Assembly: GCA_040380025.1 (NCBI GenBank)
Contig: JBEIJY010000026.1
Location: forward strand, 1 to 38,945
Direction: 5' to 3'
Length of the DNA stretch: 38,945 bases
Source: Bdellovibrionales bacterium
GTDB taxonomy: Bacteria > Bdellovibrionota > UBA1018 > CAIMNF01
The notes under the pieces were generated by a model. It saw only the letters and a list, made by a program, of their open reading frames with translations. It did not search any database and was not told the origin of the DNA. The translations under genes and the position numbers were made by a program. Of this stretch, positions 36,413 to 38,945 are shown piece after piece (position 1 is the first letter of the stretch; every line of letters begins with the position of its first letter).

Positions 36413-37597
36413 TCATCCGTCGAATCGAGGCATCATCCGCCTCATGTACCCGTCAAAAAGCGGCACCGTGAATTCATTTTCGCCATGCTGGGCACTAAAG
36501 ATCATCCCCTTTTTGATCAACGAGGCCCGGGTGGGCGCTACCGAACGCACTCCCTTTTTCAACAGAGCCGCAATGTCTCCGGAACGATGCGAACCGGGCC
36601 CCAATTCGGCCATGGCTCTCAGGTACCGTTTTTCGCCCGGGGTCAACCGATCAAAGCGAACCCGGAAGAAACTCGCATCGAGCTCCGAAATCGCCTGCTG
36701 GCTTGCCGCATGCACGTCCGAGAGAGTAATCGGAGAGGCCTTTGCACAATCCCAACTGAACTTTCCCCACTCTTGCAAAAAGTAGGGATAGGCTTGGGTT
36801 TGCAAAAGAATTTCTTCGATTGCTCCGGGATCGAATTCCACTCCGAGCTTTCTTGCCGGTACCTCAATTGCCTTACGGGCCGCGTCCGGACTCAACCTCG
36901 AAAGTTCGGGATACTCGAAGAGCCGCTCGGCATAAGACTTCGCCCTCCCGGCCTGCCCGACCAACTGCGGAAGCCCCGCTCCCACCATCAGGACCGGAAG
37001 CCGGTCTTGAGCACACCGATGAAGCGCCATGATCAGCGCAGCGAATTGAGATTCCTCGATGTACTGGATCTCATCGATGAACAGAATCAGTGCCGTTTTC
37101 TTCTCGCGTGCCAGAAGTCCGATTTCGCGAAACAAGGATCCCAGGTCGAACTCGAGATCGCCCGAGTCTGCCACCCCCTCCTCCCTGCCCAAATCGATTC
37201 CAAACTCGATATCTTGATACTTCAGCTTCATGGCGCCAAGAAACCCACCCAACACCCGAAAAGCCCTCTTGCCCAAATCGAGTGAACCTGCGGTCCGATC
37301 CATTTTCAGGATTGCGGTTCGGAGCGCGGGAATCAGAAGTGCCGGCAAAGAGCGCTCTTCGGGGGTCTCTACCGAAACACCCACCATCCCTTCGGCCTCG
37401 GCCTCTTTGGACAGCCGGTTAAGTAGAACGGTTTTCCCCACTCCGCGCAACCCGACCATCATCAATCCCCTCGCGGGCAATCCATTCCGGCACCGATCAA
37501 AGGCGATTTTGGCTTTTTCTATGATTTCATCACGACCCACCAGTTCGGGCGGAAGAGTTCCCGCCCCGGGCGCATACGGATTGACTCTCGGATCCAT
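36413..37597 (-). CDS. AAA (AAA_16-like) ATPase with a C-terminal winged HTH-like region
   Basis: NPYAPGAG..P..LVGRD, GLRGVGKT, FIDEIQ, SYAERLF, YPYFLQ, RASLIKKGMI. Confidence 0.9.
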   Translation of the reverse strand: MDPRVNPYAPGAGTLPPELVGRDEIIEKAKIAFDRCRNGLPARGLMMVGLRGVGKTVLLNRLSKEAEAEGMVGVSVETPEERSLPALLIPALRTAILKMDRTAGSLDLGKRAFRVLGGFLGAMKLKYQDIEFGIDLGREEGVADSGDLEFDLGSLFREIGLLAREKKTALILFIDEIQYIEESQFAALIMALHRCAQDRLPVLMVGAGLPQLVGQAGRAKSYAERLFEYPELSRLSPDAARKAIEVPARKLGVEFDPGAIEEILLQTQAYPYFLQEWGKFSWDCAKASPITLSDVHAASQQAISELDASFFRVRFDRLTPGEKRYLRAMAELGPGSHRSGDIAALLKKGVRSVAPTRASLIKKGMIFSAQHGENEFTVPLFDGYMRRMMPRFDG

Positions 37598-37850
37598 GTA
37601 TAGCGATGTTATCATGATTTATCAAAAAACCCTAAACTGGGGTAAACTCGGCTTTTTCGGACCTCCTTGGGCTAACTATCCAAGTTTCAAGCCAAAGCTC
37701 CAGATTCAGCCCCAAAAATCACGACAACAAAAAAGGGATAAATCTTTGTTCGGAAAGTGTGTTTCATCTAGGTACCGCGGACTTTCGCAGAGAGGTGCTG
37801 ATCAACGCACGACCGAAAATGAGCCCTCCAACTGGAATCCGGATTCGAAC

Positions 37851-38732
37851 TCACCCCTGCCGGAGCACGTTCAAGAGGTACTCGCCGTAGCCGCTGCTCT
37901 TGAGCGGCGCCGCGAGGGCCTCGAGCCGGGAGGCCGTGATGAACCCCATACGATAGGCGATCTCTTCGGGGCAGGCGATCTTCAGGCCCTGCCGCTGCTC
38001 GATGGTCTGAACGAAATTCGAGGCTTGGAGGAGGGTCTCGAACGAACCGGTATCGAGCCAGGCGGTTCCGCGACTCATTTTTTGAACCGAAAGCAGCCCC
38101 TTTTCGAGGTAAATCCGGTTCAGGTCGGTGATCTCGAGCTCCCCGCGCGCCGAGGGCTTGAGGTCCCGGGCATGGCGGCATACATCGCCATCGTAAAAAT
38201 AAAGCCCGGGGATGGCGTAATTCGATTTCGGCTTCGCGGGCTTCTCTTCGAGGCTCACGGCGCGACCGGCCGGATCGAACTCGACCACCCCGTAGGCCTT
38301 CGGATTCTGCACATAGTACGCAAAAATAGTTGCGCCCTTTTTGCCCGCTTTCAAGGGCTCGGCCGTGGACTGAAGAAGCTTGCTGAGACCATGGGCATAA
38401 AAGATGTTGTCCCCGAGCACCAAGGCCGCAGGATCGCCATTCAGGAACTCCTCGCCCAGAAGGAATGCCTGCGCGAGTCCCTCGGGCTTCGGTTGCACCA
38501 CATACTCAAAGCGCATCCCCCAGTCCTCGCCCGACCCCAGAAGCTCCTGGAATCGGGGCAGATCACGCGGGGTCGAGATGATCAAAACCTCGCGGATTCC
38601 CGAGAGCATCAGCGTGCTGAGCGGGTAATAGATCATGGGCTTGTCGTAAACTGGAAGGAGCTGTTTGCAGACGGGCTTCGTGACCGGGTAGAGACGGGTG
38701 CCGGAACCACCGGCGAGGAGGATGGATTTCAT
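37851..38732 (-). CDS. rfbA: Glucose-1-phosphate thymidylyltransferase
   Basis: [49 protein letters not shown]. Confidence 0.98.
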   Translation of the reverse strand: MKSILLAGGSGTRLYPVTKPVCKQLLPVYDKPMIYYPLSTLMLSGIREVLIISTPRDLPRFQELLGSGEDWGMRFEYVVQPKPEGLAQAFLLGEEFLNGDPAALVLGDNIFYAHGLSKLLQSTAEPLKAGKKGATIFAYYVQNPKAYGVVEFDPAGRAVSLEEKPAKPKSNYAIPGLYFYDGDVCRHARDLKPSARGELEITDLNRIYLEKGLLSVQKMSRGTAWLDTGSFETLLQASNFVQTIEQRQGLKIACPEEIAYRMGFITASRLEALAAPLKSSGYGEYLLNVLRQG

Positions 38733-38839
38733 TATTACCTGAATTTACTCCGACCCCGGGGGGTTTGCGAAGGGAAATTGCCCCTCAAACCACCTTCATC
38801 TATCGCGTTTTTAAAGCTGATGGTAGGATCAATCTGTCC

Positions 38840-38945
38840 ATGGTCAATAAAATTCTCATCACTGGAGGTTCGGGTTTTATCGGAACCCATCTCGCCCGAG
38901 CGCTTTTGAAGGAGGGCCGGCAGGTGCTCCTCTTCGATCGGGCCC
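38840..38945 (+). CDS. NAD-dependent epimerase/dehydratase, 5' part only
   Basis: Translated by hand: MVNKILITGGSGFIGTHLARALLKEGRQVLLFDR. Confidence 0.85.
   Translation, partial: MVNKILITGGSGFIGTHLARALLKEGRQVLLFDRA

Noticed and set aside
37828..37852. GTTCGAATC T-loop-like motif and GAATCCGGATTC palindrome after rfbA
   Set aside because: No cloverleaf; too short to call a tRNA fragment or terminator.
32948..38909. Long plus-strand ORFs (420, 339, 363, 291 and 559 aa)
   Set aside because: Antisense shadows of the rfb and ATPase genes in GC-rich DNA.

Overview
A 38.9 kb bacterial chromosomal window with the standard genetic code. The gene content suggests a Bdellovibrionota/Oligoflexia-like organism (inference): many signal-peptide orphans, a FecR/PP2C module, a GTSQA-type subtilase and a hybrid kinase. 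Left to right: a partial S8 protease and small genes; tRNA-Arg(ACG) followed by a ~3.6 kb integrase-free accessory region; a large secreted Cys/His protein, a pilT remnant, yciH and a SOUL protein; a hybrid histidine kinase, SDR and RRM protein; several secreted orphans, with three genes carrying single-base lesions; a type I secretion ABC/HlyD/TolC operon; fbaA; a secreted ART-like plus HD-domain fusion; an outer-membrane/PP2C/FecR module; and an rfbA-B-D-C cluster interleaved with two AAA ATPase genes. The tRNA-linked region is the most striking part. It has nested hairpins, an inverted and a direct copy of the tRNA 3' end, and a duplicated structured repeat, and it carries a BrnT/CopG-type toxin-antitoxin pair, a transglutaminase-like protein, two ORF6N genes with sigma-54-like promoters and a deleted hydrolase. 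Many genes look leaderless. All family calls are motif recognition by eye; no searches were run.
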